A DNA stretch of 64,000 bases from Candidatus Hydrothermales bacterium. Its GTDB lineage: Bacteria; Hydrothermota; Hydrothermia; Hydrothermales; JAJRUZ01. Under the pieces are notes generated by a model. The model was not told the origin of the DNA. It was given only the letters and a program-made list of their open reading frames with translations, and ran no database searches. Positions within the stretch are counted from its first letter, which is position 1. Each line of letters opens with the position of its first letter. Where the stretch lies: contig JBCNVI010000002.1 in the NCBI GenBank assembly GCA_039630235.1, positions 57,501 through 121,500 on the forward strand, given 5' to 3'. The translations under genes and the position numbers were made by a program. This document shows positions 62,852 through 64,000 of the stretch, in pieces.

Positions 62852-64000
62852 ATGAGAGTGAAACTATGGGATCTTATTAAGGAAAGGTTGCAAACAGAAT
62901 TATCTGAAAGTGAGTATAAATTTTTTGAAAAAGCAAAAGCAAGTGATCTTGAACCTGATCATGTGATGAGAATAATCTGTGACAATGACTATGTGTTAAA
63001 TATAATGCAGAAAGTATTTGATGTAAAGTTAAGGAGAATACTTATGGAACTTGGGTATCCAATGGTTAAACTTGTTTATGAAGTGAGAAAGGATGAAAAA
63101 GAGGACGAGAAAAAAGATCCTGTAATCGAAGTTAGGGATGTAAATGTCGAAGCCTCAAGATATGGATTAAATTCAAAGTATACTTTTGAAAATTTTGTTA
63201 CTGGTAAAAACAATGAAATGGCTTATACTGCAGCAAGAGCTGTTGCTCATGCTCCAGGGAGTGAATATAATCCCTTTTTTATATATGGGGGAGTTGGACT
63301 TGGAAAAACTCATTTACTCCATGCTATTGGAAACGATATTTTAAAAAGAAGAAGAAATACGAAGATCCTTTTAATTACAACAGAGGAACTTATTTCTAAA
63401 ATAGTAGAGGCTATACAAAAAAGAAAAATGAATGAATTTAGATCAAAGATTAGATCCTTTGAAATCTTATTAATTGACGATATTCATTTTTTGGCTGGAG
63501 CAGATTTTTCTCAAGAGGCACTCTTTCATATTTTTAATTCGTTTTATAATGAGAAAAAACAGGTTGTATTTACGGCAGACCGTGCACCATGGGAACTAGA
63601 TAATATTGCTGAGAGGCTGGTAGACAGATTCTCATGGGGACTTGTAACTGACATAAAACCACCTGAATATGAAACAAGACTCGCTATTTTAAAACTAAAG
63701 GCGGAAGAGAGGGGTCTTGAAGTTCCAAATGATGTTTTAGAATTAATTGCGAAAAATGTTAAGAAAAACGTTAGACTTTTGGAAAGCTGTATAATTAAAC
63801 TCTATGCACTTCAATCAACAAAAAATATAAAAATTAACTTAGCTATTGCTCAAAAGGTACTAAGTGATATATTTTCAAAGTCTCAATCTAGTGATCTTGA
63901 GGATGTTTTAATAACTGTTTCAGAGTACTATAATTTACCAAAAACTGAAATAATGAGTAAAAAGCAAAAGAAAGAGCTTGTTCATGCAAGACAAGTAAGT
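62852..64000 (+). CDS. dnaA: Chromosomal replication initiator DnaA (5' partial; runs off the window)
   Basis: Not in the ORF track because no stop lies within the window. The ATG at 62852 follows AAGGAGGG. Sequence features: MRVKLWDLIKERL..., YTFENFVTGKNNEMAY, Walker A GGVGLGKTHLL, LLIDDIHFL, and sensor RVDRFSWGL-type motifs. Confidence 0.92.
   Translation, partial: MRVKLWDLIKERLQTELSESEYKFFEKAKASDLEPDHVMRIICDNDYVLNIMQKVFDVKLRRILMELGYPMVKLVYEVRKDEKEDEKKDPVIEVRDVNVEASRYGLNSKYTFENFVTGKNNEMAYTAARAVAHAPGSEYNPFFIYGGVGLGKTHLLHAIGNDILKRRRNTKILLITTEELISKIVEAIQKRKMNEFRSKIRSFEILLIDDIHFLAGADFSQEALFHIFNSFYNEKKQVVFTADRAPWELDNIAERLVDRFSWGLVTDIKPPEYETRLAILKLKAEERGLEVPNDVLELIAKNVKKNVRLLESCIIKLYALQSTKNIKINLAIAQKVLSDIFSKSQSSDLEDVLITVSEYYNLPKTEIMSKKQKKELVHARQVS

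Noticed and set aside
1-64000. Search for CRISPR arrays, transposases, integrases, prophage blocks, rRNA genes or long direct repeats
   Set aside because: I saw no regularly spaced repeats and no recombinase, transposase or RT motifs in any listed ORF. The only RNA gene found is tRNA-Leu. The window looks like core chromosome rather than an accessory island.

Overview
This is a very AT-rich (roughly 30% GC by eye), extremely gene-dense bacterial chromosome segment. It holds about 70 protein genes, many with 1-30 nt overlaps, and one tRNA-Leu(UAA). I recognise no rRNA, CRISPR array, transposase, integrase or phage genes. All product calls rest on motif recognition in the supplied translations; no database search was possible. 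Content is mostly core housekeeping: purE/purC/purD, fabG, acpP-fabF, recA, recJ, murA, der, hup, lpxB, plsY, ispDF, sppA, ferritin, a sirtuin and a ROK kinase. There is also a glycosyltransferase/O-antigen-ligase cluster. dnaA runs off the right edge and is preceded by three TGTGGAAA(A/T) DnaA-box-like sites, so the window probably abuts the replication origin. Diderm signals are present (lpxB, an OmpA-domain protein, barrel-like ORFs), and three secreted proteins end in T9SS-type C-terminal sorting tails. Proteins are K/E/I-rich, and several enzymes look archaeal-flavoured: a three-domain ATP-dependent DNA ligase, an ApgM-type mutase, TrpB2 and a class II PurE. Together these suggest an uncultivated-type, possibly thermophilic lineage near FCB/WOR-3-like groups, but that is inference only. 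The items most worth a second look are: (1) An operon of lysine 2,3-aminomutase, two Ddl-type ATP-grasp ligases and a GNAT, with a divergent XRE-cupin regulator and an MFS pump. This composition matches no characterised beta-lysine pathway I know. (2) The hup (HU) gene, which has a near-consensus promoter and is bracketed by a perfect GC-rich 13-nt inverted repeat. The repeat would pair the extreme 5' end of the mRNA with its 3' end. (3) A dtxR-feoA-feoB iron-uptake operon that is visibly eroded by frameshifts and large deletions. (4) A lipid A cluster containing an ICMT/LmtA-like methyltransferase and a GnnA-like oxidoreductase. (5) A ClpX paralogue without a zinc-binding domain, next to dnaA.
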